This document shows, one piece after another, positions 63,207 through 64,000 of a stretch of 64,000 nt of DNA. The notes under the pieces were generated by a model, which was not told the DNA's origin, ran no database searches, and was given only the letters and a program-made list of their open reading frames with translations. This DNA is from Anthoceros angustus (lineage: Eukaryota > Plantae > Anthocerotophyta), in NCBI GenBank assembly GCA_010909165.1, contig VJWM01000281.1:1-64000 (forward strand), given 5' to 3'. Both the position numbers and the translations under genes were made by a program. Numbering within the stretch: position 1 is the stretch's first letter; each line of letters opens with the position of its first letter.

Positions 63207-63572
63207 TATAAGCGGCATCCTACGAGATGGGCACCCAGCACGAGGAGCGCAAGGCGGGAACGAGAGAGTCTCTTGGATCTTGGGAACGGACTGAAGTAGC
63301 CCGCGCCCTTGTCCGAGCACGTGTTCAAATATTTGACTCACCTTGTTCTTGACTAGAGTATGCCTAACTCTGGTTAGTTGATCCTAGGTTAGTCTCTCAA
63401 GCTAAACTAACCGTACATCCTATAGCTAGCTAGCTAGCCCTCGTGCTTGCAGCTATGTCGGACGCCGCCACGGCCCTCTGGCCAGGGATTAGCTGGCTCA
63501 GTGCTATGTCCATCATAGCCTCGCGATCGACTATGTCCTTCACGGCTGGAGCTTGCTCAATCCGCCGTGACA
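63207..63572 (-). mobile_element. Solo LTR (366 bp) with 5-bp TSD GTTAA within the satellite unit (representative copy)
   Basis: gttaa|tataagcggc...ccgccgtgaca|gttaa. The minus strand starts tgtcacggcggattgagcaagc exactly as at 58009 and ends gatgccgcttata, versus gatgccgcttaca at 50387-50399. Confidence 0.85.
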
Positions 63573-63944
63573 GTTAACAAAAGCTCATACACTCTTAAGT
63601 GCACAAGCACGAAGCAATTGTAACTATGGTTGATATAAACATAATTTCTAAGAAGGCACAAGTTGGTCTTGAAGATGGTGCTGTGTCGTATTCGGCACCA
63701 TTCTTGCGTGCCTTTTGAGACATGTTGTATGATTCCCCAATGTGCCAAGAGATTATTCTTTTACTTGTTCAAACATGAAGATCACTTTTTGGTCTTTGCC
63801 CTCTTCCTCTTCTTGGCATTTTTGATTTGTGGAGCAACCCACTAATGTTTCATTATAACTTATTTCAAAAACTTTAATCAAATCCAACATATACATATGT
63901 CCAAACAGTTCAAATCAGCGTGTGAGGAAAATGCAAATGCTAGC

Positions 63945-64000
63945 CTAGTCTAGAAAAATAATGAGTTTTGCTTTCTCACCGTCTTCTTGGACCGTCAACC
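63945..64000 (-). other. ELF1: 3' end of Elf1-family copy 12 (cut by the window edge)
   Basis: Encodes the ...QEDGEKAKLIIFLD* tail. Confidence 0.75.

Larger units (their letters stand above)
58297..64000. repeat. Macrosatellite tract 4 (over two units, runs off the window)
   Basis: ELF1 stops at 58921, 61426, 63945. Confidence 0.96.

Noticed and set aside
1329-64000. rDNA (5S/45S), tRNA, snRNA array or CRISPR
   Set aside because: No recognisable rRNA, tRNA or snRNA sequence and no short repeat-spacer periodicity; the context is eukaryotic.

Overview
Eukaryotic nuclear DNA, most likely from a plant, made almost entirely of repeats. It is very indel-rich and looks like a poorly polished long-read consensus. 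The backbone is a head-to-tail ~2.5-kb macrosatellite (11 full units plus a partial one). Each unit carries an intronless, minus-strand gene for a divergent Elf1/ELOF1-family transcription elongation factor (C4 zinc ribbon, 91 aa), read intact at 41872-42147 and indel-broken in the other copies. Each unit also holds two inverted, diverged chromovirus-type LTR relics: one followed by an initiator-Met PBS, the other a solo LTR with a 5-bp TSD. Two diverged direct repeats in the unit may be LINE ORF1/endonuclease relics. The array is interrupted by (i) two copies of a ~12-kb minus-strand, apparently non-autonomous Ty3/gypsy element (Tat/Athila-like) with ~3.9-kb LTRs at the same site (3941-16085, 21627-33678), (ii) a plus-strand chromovirus with gag-PR-RT-RH-INT-chromodomain (~48758-58295) whose LTR is homologous to the LTR relics in the unit, and (iii) the end of a sister long LTR (~190-1328). 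Many rearrangements have 7-11-bp microhomology junctions and may be assembly artefacts. All calls were made by eye, without alignment or database searches.
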